Part shown: positions 9,350-19,413 of the stretch, piece after piece
How the letters are laid out: each line of letters opens with the position of its first letter
Position numbering within the stretch: the first letter of the stretch is position 1
From: an uncultured bacterium
Lineage (GTDB): Bacteria > CAZSTA01
Direction: 5' to 3'
Length of the DNA: 45,371 nucleotides
Assembly: GCA_964609495.1 (NCBI GenBank)
Contig: CAZSTA010000005.1
Span: 1 to 45,371, forward strand
Made by a program: the position numbers and the translations under genes
The notes under the pieces: generated by a model
The model's input: only the letters and a program-made list of their open reading frames with translations
What the model was told of the DNA's origin: nothing
The model's database searches: none

Positions 9350-11269
9350 CTACTTCTCCATCCTGCTTAATCCTCCCCAGGTTCCAAACCAGATGTATCT
9401 TCTATCAGGGGCTATAGCAAAGACATTGTTATCCGCCAATCCATCCTCTTCAGAATAATACCGCCATTCTTCGCCATCGTAAAAATCCACTCCTCCCTCG
9501 AGCATCCCGAACCAAACTATACCCTCATCGATAGCTATCGCGTTGGGATTAACTTCATCAGCAGTCAGTCCATCTCTTTCAGAAAAAGTAGCCCAATCAA
9601 CACCATCATAAAGCGTTACCCCTCCTCCATAGGTACCCAGCCAGATCTCGGAGCCGTCTGCCGCTATAGCGGTAACCCAATCGTGGCTCAAATCACCATC
9701 AGCTTGAGTATAAGAGGTCCAATTTCGCCCATCGAACTTACTCGCTCCTCCTAACGTTCCCACCCATAGATTAGCCCCCTCCAAAGCTAGCGAATATACT
9801 TCATTGTTCACTAATCCATCCGATACATAATATCCTCTCCAGCTAACTCCATCATATTTCGCCACGCCGAAGCTAATTCCAACCCAAAGGATATCGCCAT
9901 CCACAAGCAGGGAATTTACATAACCTCTTATAAGGCCATCCTCTTCAGTGTAGGTTTTCCACTGATATCCATCGAACTTGCTCAAACCTCCATTTGTCGC
10001 CACCCAAATATTTCTTCCATCGTTTACTATCTTGTTGACCTCGTTGCTAGGTAAAGCGTTAGAGGTGTCATAGACGACCCATCTCCGCCCATCGAAGTGG
10101 CTGACTCCATCCTCAAAAGTCCCTACCCACACCTCATCACCCTTCAGGGCGATGGTGGTTATTCTATTATCGACTATCTCATTATCGGCAATATAGTTTA
10201 CCCAGCTTCTTCCATCATATTTAGATATACCCCGTCTAGTGCCAAACCAAATATCATCTCCCTCGATCTCGATGGAGGTCACATAATCATTTGCTAATCC
10301 ATCATACCTATCGAAGCTTTCCCAAATCCTTCCATCGAAGCGAGTGGCTCCATCCCCATAGGTCCCTAACCAGACCTCATCACCCTTAAAAGCTATACAA
10401 GTGATGTGATTATCCGCAAGACCATCCGCCCTAGTATAGATTCTCCAGCGCTTACCATCATAGAGGCTGAGTCCGGTCACGGTAGCGATCCAAACTTCGT
10501 CTCCTCTTATAGCTATATCCTCGACGAAATCTCCTGCTAATCCATCTTCCTCTGAGAAGCTGTGCCAAGTCAAGCCATCATAATAGCTCGCTCCCTTCCC
10601 AAAAGTTCCGACCCAGATCTTATTTCCCACCACAGCTAAAGCCTCTATCCGGTCATCGACTAATCCGTCTTCGGTAGTATAATTCGTCCAATTCTCCCCA
10701 TCGAATTTGAATAAGCCAGCGCCGAAGGTCCCGATCCACAAGTTCTCTCCATCCGAGGTTACAACATTTACTTTATTCGCCTCCACCTCATCAGGCAAAA
10801 CATAAGTGGTGAAAACTTCCCCGTTGAATCTGGTGACTCCCCCAGAGAAAGTTCCGAACCAGAGTTCTCCTTTCACCTGACATATATCACGAACATCATT
10901 ATCCCCTAATCCATTCTGTCGAGTGAATATCTCCCAACTGCCACCAGCTTTATTCAGTCTCTTTACGCCACCGGTAGTCGCCGCCCATAGATAAGGGCCA
11001 TCGCTTAACAGCCCTTGAATCTTATTAGTGCAAGTGAAGTTAATCCATCGCTCGTTATAGCTCTTATCCACAACCCTTTCATCCGCTATCCTCCATTCTA
11101 TACTTGAAATCTCACCCTCTTCCTCACTGATACTCAGATGAGAATAGCGTTTAGCTAAGATATATGATATTAGAAGAAGAGCGGCGATGAAAAGCGGGAT
11201 AAAGATTATATTATTTTCTCTAATTAAGGTAACTATTCTTCTGTATAACCCCATCTGCTTCGATCCCAT
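9350..11269 (-). CDS. Membrane-anchored beta-propeller repeat protein (two-component regulator propeller-like)
   Basis: One N-terminal TM followed by about 14 repeats of W..Y...DGL..N.V..I......W.GT..G.S.FDG. Confidence 0.8.
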   Translation of the reverse strand: MGSKQMGLYRRIVTLIRENNIIFIPLFIAALLLISYILAKRYSHLSISEEEGEISSIEWRIADERVVDKSYNERWINFTCTNKIQGLLSDGPYLWAATTGGVKRLNKAGGSWEIFTRQNGLGDNDVRDICQVKGELWFGTFSGGVTRFNGEVFTTYVLPDEVEANKVNVVTSDGENLWIGTFGAGLFKFDGENWTNYTTEDGLVDDRIEALAVVGNKIWVGTFGKGASYYDGLTWHSFSEEDGLAGDFVEDIAIRGDEVWIATVTGLSLYDGKRWRIYTRADGLADNHITCIAFKGDEVWLGTYGDGATRFDGRIWESFDRYDGLANDYVTSIEIEGDDIWFGTRRGISKYDGRSWVNYIADNEIVDNRITTIALKGDEVWVGTFEDGVSHFDGRRWVVYDTSNALPSNEVNKIVNDGRNIWVATNGGLSKFDGYQWKTYTEEDGLIRGYVNSLLVDGDILWVGISFGVAKYDGVSWRGYYVSDGLVNNEVYSLALEGANLWVGTLGGASKFDGRNWTSYTQADGDLSHDWVTAIAADGSEIWLGTYGGGVTLYDGVDWATFSERDGLTADEVNPNAIAIDEGIVWFGMLEGGVDFYDGEEWRYYSEEDGLADNNVFAIAPDRRYIWFGTWGGLSRMEK

Positions 11270-11290
11270 CTTACCATTTATTCATACTTA

Positions 11291-11319
11291 ATTATATCAC
11301 AGCTCTATCTTATTCGCAA
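11291..11319 (-). promoter_or_regulatory. sigma70-type promoter for the propeller/lipoprotein genes
   Basis: Minus strand TTGCGA-17 nt-TATAAT with an extended -10 TG. Confidence 0.6.
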
Positions 11320-11342
11320 GCCTAAAGATACTACGGTCTTGC

Positions 11343-11371
11343 TTGACAAAAGTTCTGATTCACGATATAAT
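11343..11371 (+). promoter_or_regulatory. Consensus sigma70 promoter
   Basis: TTGACA-17 nt-TATAAT. Confidence 0.8.
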
Positions 11372-11434
11372 AATACTACAACTAAGCAGATTTTATTAGA
11401 AGTATTACCATCTTAGAAAGGAGCTGATTAGAAA

Positions 11435-12409
11435 GTGAAAACAAGTCGCTTAAATATAAAGATCCTGCTGATTTCCTTTATTGTGTTTTGCTCGGTTAGT
11501 CTCGTTTTTCAACCTCAGATAGCGAGAGGACAAGAGGACAAATCGGAGCAGGAATTCCACCTGATCGATGGAAGTGTCATAACAGGCGATATATTCAGCT
11601 ATATCGACAGGGATTTTCGGGTTAAAACTAGGCATGGGATGCTCACTATTCCCGAAGAGGAAGTATTATATATAGTGTTCAAGAAGCCTTTCATTGGGAA
11701 TTTCGATGAGCCTGCTGTAATCCTAGCAAATGGAGAGAGGATTCCTGGTATGCTTATCCGCTATTCGCCATTACGAGAAGAGTTCATAATAAGGTTAAAG
11801 TATGGAACTATGAAGATCAGCGATAAGAGGGATCTATCCGCAATCGTCCTAGCCCCTTCCACCGCGGTAGCTATGGAATCGATGAATCTAAGGGAGGCGC
11901 TTCCTCTATTGGACAAGATGCAGAAGATAGTAGTTAATCCCTCCTCGACCTTCGATATAGATGTTTGGATCGATAAGGGAGAGGGCAAGGTTTATAACCC
12001 TGGGGATAAGCTGGCGATCTTCTTCAGGTCCGATCGAGATTGCTACCTAACCCTATTCGATTTCGTTCCCGGAGATGAGGTAAAGGTTATCTTCCCTAAT
12101 AAATATCACCCTAATAATTTCATTGAAGGAGGGAGGGTATATAAGATCCCCGAACCCTATTACGGTTTCGAGTTCATTGTAGAGGAGCCACTCGGACTTG
12201 ATATAATCAAAGCCATAGCTACAATATCTCCTATTCGCCTAACTGAGGAGGATATCTACGCTATGGATAGCTTCCAAGAGACTGGCTTTGCGATATTAGA
12301 GACGGAGGCAGAGGATTTCACTAGTGAGTTAGTGATTCTCCTAGAATCTATTCCTACGACGAATTGGGCGGAGGCAACTACCTTCTTCTATATTAGCTCT
12401 AGCGAATAA
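11435..12409 (+). CDS. Secreted protein with a DUF4384-like C-terminal domain
   Basis: Signal peptide; VWIDK..YNPGDKL.I.F.SDRDCYL......G.V..IFPN pattern; repeated N-terminal L..G..I.G motifs. Confidence 0.7.
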   Translation: MKTSRLNIKILLISFIVFCSVSLVFQPQIARGQEDKSEQEFHLIDGSVITGDIFSYIDRDFRVKTRHGMLTIPEEEVLYIVFKKPFIGNFDEPAVILANGERIPGMLIRYSPLREEFIIRLKYGTMKISDKRDLSAIVLAPSTAVAMESMNLREALPLLDKMQKIVVNPSSTFDIDVWIDKGEGKVYNPGDKLAIFFRSDRDCYLTLFDFVPGDEVKVIFPNKYHPNNFIEGGRVYKIPEPYYGFEFIVEEPLGLDIIKAIATISPIRLTEEDIYAMDSFQETGFAILETEAEDFTSELVILLESIPTTNWAEATTFFYISSSE

Positions 12410-12572
12410 GTAAAACTTATTATTTGTGAGCTAGCCCTTCGTCTATCTACTTCCGATCGGACTTTGTCAGATAAAGTTAACTTATGTCTAAGCATATGAA
12501 CATCACACGCTTATCCACTGGCTACTAAAAAGTCAAGACATAATCAAAGAAAACTAAAAGGAGGTGAAATCC

Positions 12573-12624
12573 GTGCGATTCCTCTGCCGACTAAAGCTCG
12601 ACAGTCCCCTTGCACGATTCCTCT
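12573..12624. mobile_element. Orphan IS200/IS605-type end abutting the antitoxin ATG
   Basis: GTGCGATTCCT-hairpin(CTGCCGA..TCGACAG)-TCCCCTTGCAC..|ATGG; same layout as the other IS ends in the window. Confidence 0.55.
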
Positions 12625-12930
12625 ATGGGAAAAATAATTAAATTTGAGATACCTGAGAAAGTATACTCTAAACTGGAGAGTTTTCTTCGAGAGAATCGGA
12701 ATTATCAGCGCGACAACTTCATAGCTGAAGCTATCGAGGAAGCTATAAATAGGAAAAGCAAAAAGACCTTCCAATTCGGGAGGATATCCGGATTAGATCT
12801 CCAATTAGACGAGTTCCTAGGAGATCAGGGGGAAACTATCTCTGTAAAACAGGCTCAAGAAATACTTGCCAAATATATCCCTTATGTGGAAAAACTAAGT
12901 GATACAGTTATAGAGATGAGGGAAGAGTAG
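12625..12930 (+). CDS. Putative antitoxin (RHH-like N-terminus)
   Basis: Short ORF 3 nt upstream of a PIN gene; IKFEIPEKVY..L...FIAEAIEE and LSDTVIEMREE ending. Confidence 0.65.
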   Translation: MGKIIKFEIPEKVYSKLESFLRENRNYQRDNFIAEAIEEAINRKSKKTFQFGRISGLDLQLDEFLGDQGETISVKQAQEILAKYIPYVEKLSDTVIEMREE

Positions 12931-12933
12931 AGA

Positions 12934-13440
12934 ATGAATTATTTCTACTTAGATGCTAGTGCTCATGTTAAGAGATATCATCCCGAGGATGGTTCAGATA
13001 TAGTTAACCTTTTATTTGAGCAATCACTTCTGTCTAGCTTATCGGCTAATAAACAAGAGCGTTTAATAAGCTCAAGATTAGGGATCTTAGAAATAATGGC
13101 AACTTTAAATAGAAAGAAGAACGATAAGTTGATCCCAGAGGACAAGTTCAGAGCAATAGTTGAAGTTTTCTGGAAAGAAATGGAGAGTTTTCTTCTTTAT
13201 CCTCTCGATGATAAAATTATCGCTGATTCCCTATATCTGATCTTCAAGTATAATCTCAATGCTTCCGATGCTCTATATCTCTTTATAGTTTTGAAACTCA
13301 GGACATTTTTAGAGCAGTCAGGGGATGATATAGTCTTAGTTACTGCTGACAAACGTCTATTTAGAGCAGGTCTAAGTGAGGGATTGCAAACGGTAAATCC
13401 GGAGGCTATAACTTCCTCTATAGTCAGAAGCCTGTTATAA
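12934..13440 (+). CDS. PIN-domain VapC-type toxin
   Basis: YLDASAHVKRY..E.GS, L.ASDAL, VTADKRL motifs. Confidence 0.88.
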   Translation: MNYFYLDASAHVKRYHPEDGSDIVNLLFEQSLLSSLSANKQERLISSRLGILEIMATLNRKKNDKLIPEDKFRAIVEVFWKEMESFLLYPLDDKIIADSLYLIFKYNLNASDALYLFIVLKLRTFLEQSGDDIVLVTADKRLFRAGLSEGLQTVNPEAITSSIVRSLL

Positions 13441-13598
13441 CTTTACTAGGAACTAAGTAAGCATCTAAAAGTTCGGGCTAGCAGATTTTTAAGTAGTTTT
13501 TCGCTAGGGAGTTCGAGATATAATTATCCCTCTCCCACCAGGGAAGAGGGATTCTCGATGGGACTGCTTCTTTTATTCCCCTTATGTAAAAGTTTCGC

Positions 13599-14786
13599 TT
13601 AAAGGGGTCTGAAGGAATCAAGAGCTTCTATTTCCCTTTCAAATTCTAAGACGATAACTGTATCGAGATGGTCAGGAGGACTGCTTGGTAAGTTCGTAAA
13701 GACAATCCTTTCCCCTTCTATTTTGAAGTTCGCCTCTTGACCACTTTTCAAGAAATAGGCTTTATTCACCTTCATCTTACAAGGAGCAAGAGCAAATTCG
13801 CTTTTCCAGTAGAAAACATGGATATAAAGCTTGTTCCCCTTTAAGGTGGTCGTTCCGTGAGGGAAACCTACTACAGTTCGAGTTGTTCCGTAGATGCTCT
13901 CGCCATTCTCCTCCAGCCACTTTCCGACTTCCTCTAAGATCTTTACCGATTCTTCGGGAATCGTCCCGTCAGGCTTGGGACCAACATTTAGTAGGTAATT
14001 TCCCCCTCCAGCAGCACATTTCGCGAGATCCCATATCACCCTTTGCGGACTCTTCCAGTTATGATCTCCCTCACAATATCCCCAGTGGTCGTTTAAGGTC
14101 ATACAGGTTTCCCAGTCCCTTTCGGGAGCGTTTGGATTGGGAAATGCCCCGGGAACATATTGCTCAGGGGTCTCATAATCCTCTGGGAGCAGGCTTCTGT
14201 TGTTTATGATTATCTCTGGCTGAAGTCTTCTCACCATCTCATTGAGTCTTTCAGACTCCCAGTCCTCAGCGGTGTATGGCCATCCTCCATCATAGAACAA
14301 AACATCGATCTTACCATAGTTTGTCATAATTTCTTCCACCTGAGCATGGATATAATCAATAAGCTCCTTCCATCCATCTTTCTTTGGTCCCAGGAAATAA
14401 GCATCGTATCTCCAGTCAAGTAAAGAGAAGTAAAATCCAACCCTCATATTATACTTTCCGCAGGCATCTACATACTTTCTGATAAGGTCTCTTCCGCAGG
14501 CGGTCTTGGGAGCAGTAAAATCACTTACCTTACTGTCGAACAAGGAAAATCCATCATGGTGCCTCGTTGTCAAGACCATATACTTCATTCCTGCTCTCTT
14601 CGCCAGCTTTACCCATTCCTCTGGATCATAGTTCGCTGGATTAAATTCATCGGCGAATTTTCTATATTCATCCTTAGGGATTCTCTCCTGATACATCACC
14701 CATTCTCCTCGGGCAGGGATGCTATAAACTCCCCAATGGATGAACATTCCGAATCTTGCCTCTCTCCACCAATCAAGTCTATTCAT
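13599..14786 (-). CDS. Alpha-L-fucosidase family (GH29), no signal peptide
   Basis: WW..ARFGMFIHWG, TRHHDGF, LFYDG, WETCMT and LLNVGP motifs. Confidence 0.93.
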   Translation of the reverse strand: MNRLDWWREARFGMFIHWGVYSIPARGEWVMYQERIPKDEYRKFADEFNPANYDPEEWVKLAKRAGMKYMVLTTRHHDGFSLFDSKVSDFTAPKTACGRDLIRKYVDACGKYNMRVGFYFSLLDWRYDAYFLGPKKDGWKELIDYIHAQVEEIMTNYGKIDVLFYDGGWPYTAEDWESERLNEMVRRLQPEIIINNRSLLPEDYETPEQYVPGAFPNPNAPERDWETCMTLNDHWGYCEGDHNWKSPQRVIWDLAKCAAGGGNYLLNVGPKPDGTIPEESVKILEEVGKWLEENGESIYGTTRTVVGFPHGTTTLKGNKLYIHVFYWKSEFALAPCKMKVNKAYFLKSGQEANFKIEGERIVFTNLPSSPPDHLDTVIVLEFEREIEALDSFRPL

Positions 14787-14881
14787 ATCTTCCTCCTTTC
14801 GAATTTGTCGATAATGTCAAACTATTTTCAAGTATTTTCCTAAGATTGACCTGTCAAATCCTATCCAAGCAATTTTAACCC

Positions 14882-15742
14882 TTAACCCTTTATCGATCCT
14901 AAAGTGAGTCCCTCTATAAACTGCTTCTGCATACTTAAAAATACTAATATGACGGGTATCACCGAGACTACCGCTCCCGCCATTATCTGCCCATATTCTA
15001 TCTTCCACTGACCAAAGAGAGTAGCTAATCCTACAGGTAGAGTAAACATCTCGTTAGTTCTCATAAAAATGAGAGGTGATAGGAAGTTATTCCATGAAGC
15101 TAGATAGAGGAATATCGCTAGAGCACCTAGGGCTGGTCTGATGGTAGGCAATATTATCCTATAATATATCTGAAAATCTGAGCAACCATCGATCCGAGCG
15201 GCATCTATTAGATCGGTGGGGATGGTTTGAATGTATTGCCTCATCAAAAAGATCCCAAAGGCATTGGCTGAGCCAGGGATAATTAATGCCCAATATTTAT
15301 TAATCCAGCCGATACGAGCAAAGACCCTAAAAAGAGGGATTATAGTCACGTGATAAGGAATCATTAAGGAGGCTAATAGCACCCAGAACAGCGGACCTTT
15401 TAAGGGAAAATTGTATTTAGCAAAGCCAAAGCCAGCTAAGGAACAGAAGAAAAGCCCCAGAAGAGTATAAGATATTCCCACTAAGAAACTATTAAATAAC
15501 CACCTAAAGAATAGGGTCTCCTTAGCCAAGTCAATGAAGTTCTCAAAGGTTAGCCTAGTGGGAAACAGGGTCGGTCGCTCGAAGATCTCAGACATACTTT
15601 TGAGGGAGGAGGTAAAGGTCCAATAGAAGGGCGTAGCTGCGATGATCAGAATTACTATTAAGAGCATATAGGTCAGAATCTCACCTAGTAGAGTAATTCC
15701 CGGACTATATTCCTTTATCCTTACCGATTTAGCTTTAGCCAT
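14882..15742 (-). CDS. Carbohydrate ABC transporter permease (MalG-like)
   Basis: DAARIDG EAA loop; WNNFL.PL. Confidence 0.93.
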   Translation of the reverse strand: MAKAKSVRIKEYSPGITLLGEILTYMLLIVILIIAATPFYWTFTSSLKSMSEIFERPTLFPTRLTFENFIDLAKETLFFRWLFNSFLVGISYTLLGLFFCSLAGFGFAKYNFPLKGPLFWVLLASLMIPYHVTIIPLFRVFARIGWINKYWALIIPGSANAFGIFLMRQYIQTIPTDLIDAARIDGCSDFQIYYRIILPTIRPALGALAIFLYLASWNNFLSPLIFMRTNEMFTLPVGLATLFGQWKIEYGQIMAGAVVSVIPVILVFLSMQKQFIEGLTLGSIKG

Positions 15743-15769
15743 AAATATCTTCCCCTCCTCGCTTCGAAA

Positions 15770-16669
15770 CTACTCGACCCCTGTTCTTCTCCAGAAGAAT
15801 TTCATCTGGAGAGCCGAGACGATAAAGATAACTAAGACTAAACTATAGGCGATCGCCGAGGCGTATCCCAGCCGATATTTCTGAAAGCCGGTCTCAAACA
15901 GGTAGAGGACGATGGTCAGAGTTCGATCCATAGGTCCTCCCTTATTAGTCAGGATATAGGGCTCCTCGAAGAGCTGATAAGAGCCGATAATGGACATCAT
16001 CACGCAGAAGAAGATGATCGGGCGTAACAGAGGCAAAGTTACATATCTGACTCGCTGAAGCATCCCCGCCCCATCGATCTTCGCCGCCTCATATAGCTCC
16101 AGGGGAATATTCTGTAAGCCAGCTAATAGAATAACGATGTTGTACCCCGTCCAGCGCCAAGTAGCCAGAACGATGATCGAGGGCAGGGCTAAATCAGGAT
16201 CGTTCAGCCAATCGTGGGAAGTAAGACCTATTCTCTTCAAAAGCAGGTTCAAGAGACCGATATCTACACTTAGGATCATCGAAAAGGAGAGAGCTGCAAC
16301 TACCAGGGACATAACTACCGGTAAGAAATACATCGAGCGGAAGAAGTTGCGAAAACGAACACCAGGCGAGTTTAAGATCAAAGCTAAGATTATAGCGATG
16401 CTCATCATCAAAGGGATCTGCACCGCGGCGAAGACGCTGGTATTTCTGAGCGCTGTCCAGAATCTAGTGTCCTGAAGTAAATTTGCATAGTTAGTAAAAC
16501 CGATAAAATTAGGGGGACGCACTCCCCTTAGCTCCGTTAAGCTCAAATAGAAAGAGTAGAAGATAGGGATGACCATAAAGGCGAGAAACATTATATAGAA
16601 GGGAGAAATGAAGAGATAGGGAGCTTTATTTCGCTTTATCTCCTTTAGTACCTTCTTTAAGTTAGCCAT
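15770..16669 (-). CDS. Carbohydrate ABC transporter permease (MalF-like)
   Basis: LYEAAKIDGA; FIGFTNY. Confidence 0.93.
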   Translation of the reverse strand: MANLKKVLKEIKRNKAPYLFISPFYIMFLAFMVIPIFYSFYLSLTELRGVRPPNFIGFTNYANLLQDTRFWTALRNTSVFAAVQIPLMMSIAIILALILNSPGVRFRNFFRSMYFLPVVMSLVVAALSFSMILSVDIGLLNLLLKRIGLTSHDWLNDPDLALPSIIVLATWRWTGYNIVILLAGLQNIPLELYEAAKIDGAGMLQRVRYVTLPLLRPIIFFCVMMSIIGSYQLFEEPYILTNKGGPMDRTLTIVLYLFETGFQKYRLGYASAIAYSLVLVIFIVSALQMKFFWRRTGVE

Positions 16670-16687
16670 TTGATCGCTCCTTCATAT

Positions 16688-16744
16688 GACAAGCACGATG
16701 CGGGTCTAAGCTCAAACAATACCTATTCCGCACCGTGCTTCGTC
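16688..16744. other. Intercistronic stem-loop after the binding-protein gene
   Basis: GACAAGCACGATGCGG..CCGCACCGTGCTTCGTC inverted repeat, likely stabilising the upstream mRNA. Confidence 0.5.
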
Positions 16745-16753
16745 AATCAAGGA

Positions 16754-18016
16754 CTATCTTTCCATACCTTTTCTAGTCTCCTCAGCAGCCGCTTTCATTG
16801 CCTCCTCAACCGTAGCTTTCTTATTTAAGATCTTCGATAGAGCGGTGTTCACAGCGGTCTCAGCGATAGTCCAGTTCTCGGTATAATACCAAGTGGGAAT
16901 ATACGGGACTGAATCCACGAATATCCTGCCGATCGCCTGTCCTCCGTAGTAGGGATCTGGCTCATCAAAGAGCGGGTCTTCTAAAGCGGTCAACAGAGCA
17001 GGGAAGATATTTACAGCTTTATAGACTATCAATTGCCCCTCTTTGGTGCAGAGCATAAACTCCACAAAATCTTTGGCTTCTTGTGGATATTTTGTCTGCT
17101 CAGGAATTACCAAACTGGAGCCTCCCCAGTTAGTTCCCGCTGGCTCATCCGTGGCTGAGGGCCAAGGAGTTATCCGCCATTTCCCTGCCAGATCAGGAGC
17201 TTGCTCCTTGAGCTGTCCGGAGAACCAAATAGCGATGGGAATGGTTACCATTCTCCCCTCTTTAAAGGCATTGAACCAAGCCGGCTCCCAAGCATTTTGG
17301 AAGAAAGCTATATCGTGCTTTAGAGCCAGATCGGCATACCACTGCATTACCTCGATGGAGAGAGGGTTATCGATCAGGACGTTTCCATCCTTATCGAAGA
17401 TGTTACCACCTCTCGATTGTAGGAACATCGTATAGCCCTTGATATCGTTCAAGGGAATGTTGAGCATATATCGATCCTTTTTACCATCTCCGTCCAGGTC
17501 TAAAGATAGCTTCTTCCCCATCTCTACGAATTCGTCCCAGGTTTCGGGAGGAGTAGCTCCATATTCCCCGAAGATATCGCTTCGATAGTAGATAGCGCAA
17601 GGACCTATGTCCCAGGGCATAGCATAGAGCTTGCTATCCAGAACGCCAACGTCATACGCGTAAGTGGCGAATTCATCTTTATACTTCTCTCCGACATCGG
17701 CCAGATCTAAAAGACCGCCACCTGCGACGAACATTGCGACTCTGGTCTGCTCTACGGAGCAGACATCAGGTGCTCCTATCCCCGATACTAACGAAGTCAA
17801 AAGCTTATCGTGCGTATCACCATAGGACATCTCCACATACTCAAATTCAACATTGGGGTGGGTCTTTTGAAATTCCTCGGCAACTGCTTTGTAAGCATCT
17901 TTAATGATATTCCATCCCCACATGGTGAGCTTGGCCTTATCAGCGCTATAAACATTAGAGCTTATTAACAGAGCTACTAACAACCCAATTATGAATAGAT
18001 TTACTTTTCCTCTCAT
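16754..18016 (-). CDS. Carbohydrate ABC transporter substrate-binding protein
   Basis: Signal peptide; GAPDV, YAMPWD, PETWDE and WGGS motifs. ATG 18016 is preferred over TTG 18025 on SD spacing. Confidence 0.92.
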   Translation of the reverse strand: MRGKVNLFIIGLLVALLISSNVYSADKAKLTMWGWNIIKDAYKAVAEEFQKTHPNVEFEYVEMSYGDTHDKLLTSLVSGIGAPDVCSVEQTRVAMFVAGGGLLDLADVGEKYKDEFATYAYDVGVLDSKLYAMPWDIGPCAIYYRSDIFGEYGATPPETWDEFVEMGKKLSLDLDGDGKKDRYMLNIPLNDIKGYTMFLQSRGGNIFDKDGNVLIDNPLSIEVMQWYADLALKHDIAFFQNAWEPAWFNAFKEGRMVTIPIAIWFSGQLKEQAPDLAGKWRITPWPSATDEPAGTNWGGSSLVIPEQTKYPQEAKDFVEFMLCTKEGQLIVYKAVNIFPALLTALEDPLFDEPDPYYGGQAIGRIFVDSVPYIPTWYYTENWTIAETAVNTALSKILNKKATVEEAMKAAAEETRKGMER

Positions 18017-18082
18017 TTTTCTCAAAACCTCCTTATATGAGATAATACAAACTCACCTTTCCATTTGATGAGCTCTCTTTTT

Positions 18083-18111
18083 ATTATACTACCTTAACTA
18101 TATTTTGTCAA
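18083..18111 (-). promoter_or_regulatory. Consensus sigma70 promoter for the ABC/GH29 operon
   Basis: Minus strand TTGACA-17 nt-TATAAT. Confidence 0.8.
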
Positions 18112-18198
18112 GATAAATTAATCAATTCCCCAACTCGATTTTGAGAGCGATCAGAAACAAGTCTTATATCTGCTACTTTATCAGCCTCCAAAAAGTAG

Positions 18199-18227
18199 TT
18201 GACAGATGAGTATTTTTAGAGTATGAT
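18199..18227 (+). promoter_or_regulatory. sigma70 promoter for the oxidoreductase operon
   Basis: TTGACA-17 nt-TATGAT. Confidence 0.75.
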
Positions 18228-18278
18228 ATTATTTGGATTTACAGAGGCAATAGATGAAGAATTATAGAAGGAGATGAA

Positions 18279-19379
18279 ATGATGAAAGAAAAAATAGGGG
18301 TTGGTATAATCGGCGCAGGAGGAATTTCCAGCTCTCATACCATAGGATATAAAGAGAGCGATGATTTGGCGAGGATAACCGCCATCGCTGATACAAATTT
18401 GGAGAATGCGGAGAAACTTATTAAAAGACATAAACTTGAGGACGTCAAGGTATTTGAGGATTATAGGGAACTCCTTGATTATAAGGGGGTCGATGCAGTG
18501 AGCATCTGCACCCCGCATTATCTCCACTCTCCGATAGCGATTGAGGCCGCGGAGAGGGGCAAGCATATCCTCTGCGAGAAATCCATGGCAACCAGCTTAG
18601 CTGACGCTCGAAAGATGTATAAATACGCGAAGAAAGCCAAAGTAGTAGCTATGATCAACTTCACCTATCAATATATACCCGCGGTGCAGATGATCCACAA
18701 GTTGATCTCAGGCGGTTATTTAGGAGAGATATATCGCCTTAGAGCAGAATATATCTGGGGCTTCCTATTCGCAAGAATGACCAAGACCGATGGCTGGCTT
18801 ATAGATAGAAAGAGATCTGGCAGTGGGATAGCGGAATCCTTAGGTTCTCATATCATCCATCTAGGAAGATATCTAGTTGGAGATATAAAACGTTTATCTG
18901 GACAATCCAAGCAACTCATCCCCGCGGGAGATGTGGATGATAGCACTATGTTTATAGCGGAGTTCGAGAATGGGGCGGTAGGAAGCTTTGAAGCGAGTGC
19001 AGTGGCTACCGGAAGGATGAATTATCAGCGAGTCGAAATAAATGCGAGTTTGGGTGGAGTGATATACGAATTCGATAAACCAAGCGAGCTACAAATATCA
19101 ACCGCGGAGGGCGAGCTAGCTAAGATGTTGGGCGGATTCAACACCATCAGAGTTCCTGGTCCTTTCTGTCCAGATCAGAGTTCAGGACATCGCTATGCCA
19201 CTAACCAAATGGTACGGGTCTTCTTAGAGGGAATAGCTGATGGCAAGCTTGCATCTCCTGATTTCTACGATGGATTGAAATCTCAAGAGATTATAGAGGC
19301 GGCTTTGCTATCATCCAAAGAGGGAAGATGGATTGATATAGAGGAATTGGAGGAAAAGGAGAAAGTCATCAAAGTATGA
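18279..19379 (+). CDS. Gfo/Idh/MocA family oxidoreductase
   Basis: VGIIGAGGI, DAVSICTP..LH, GKHILCEK motifs. Confidence 0.92.
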   Translation: MMKEKIGVGIIGAGGISSSHTIGYKESDDLARITAIADTNLENAEKLIKRHKLEDVKVFEDYRELLDYKGVDAVSICTPHYLHSPIAIEAAERGKHILCEKSMATSLADARKMYKYAKKAKVVAMINFTYQYIPAVQMIHKLISGGYLGEIYRLRAEYIWGFLFARMTKTDGWLIDRKRSGSGIAESLGSHIIHLGRYLVGDIKRLSGQSKQLIPAGDVDDSTMFIAEFENGAVGSFEASAVATGRMNYQRVEINASLGGVIYEFDKPSELQISTAEGELAKMLGGFNTIRVPGPFCPDQSSGHRYATNQMVRVFLEGIADGKLASPDFYDGLKSQEIIEAALLSSKEGRWIDIEELEEKEKVIKV

Positions 19380-19413
19380 TCTCGAACGAAGAATAATAAA
19401 CGGAGGATTATAA

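Noticed and set aside
17476-17505. DLDGDGKKD calcium-binding-like motif in the sugar-binding protein
   Set aside because: Common in this binding-protein family.
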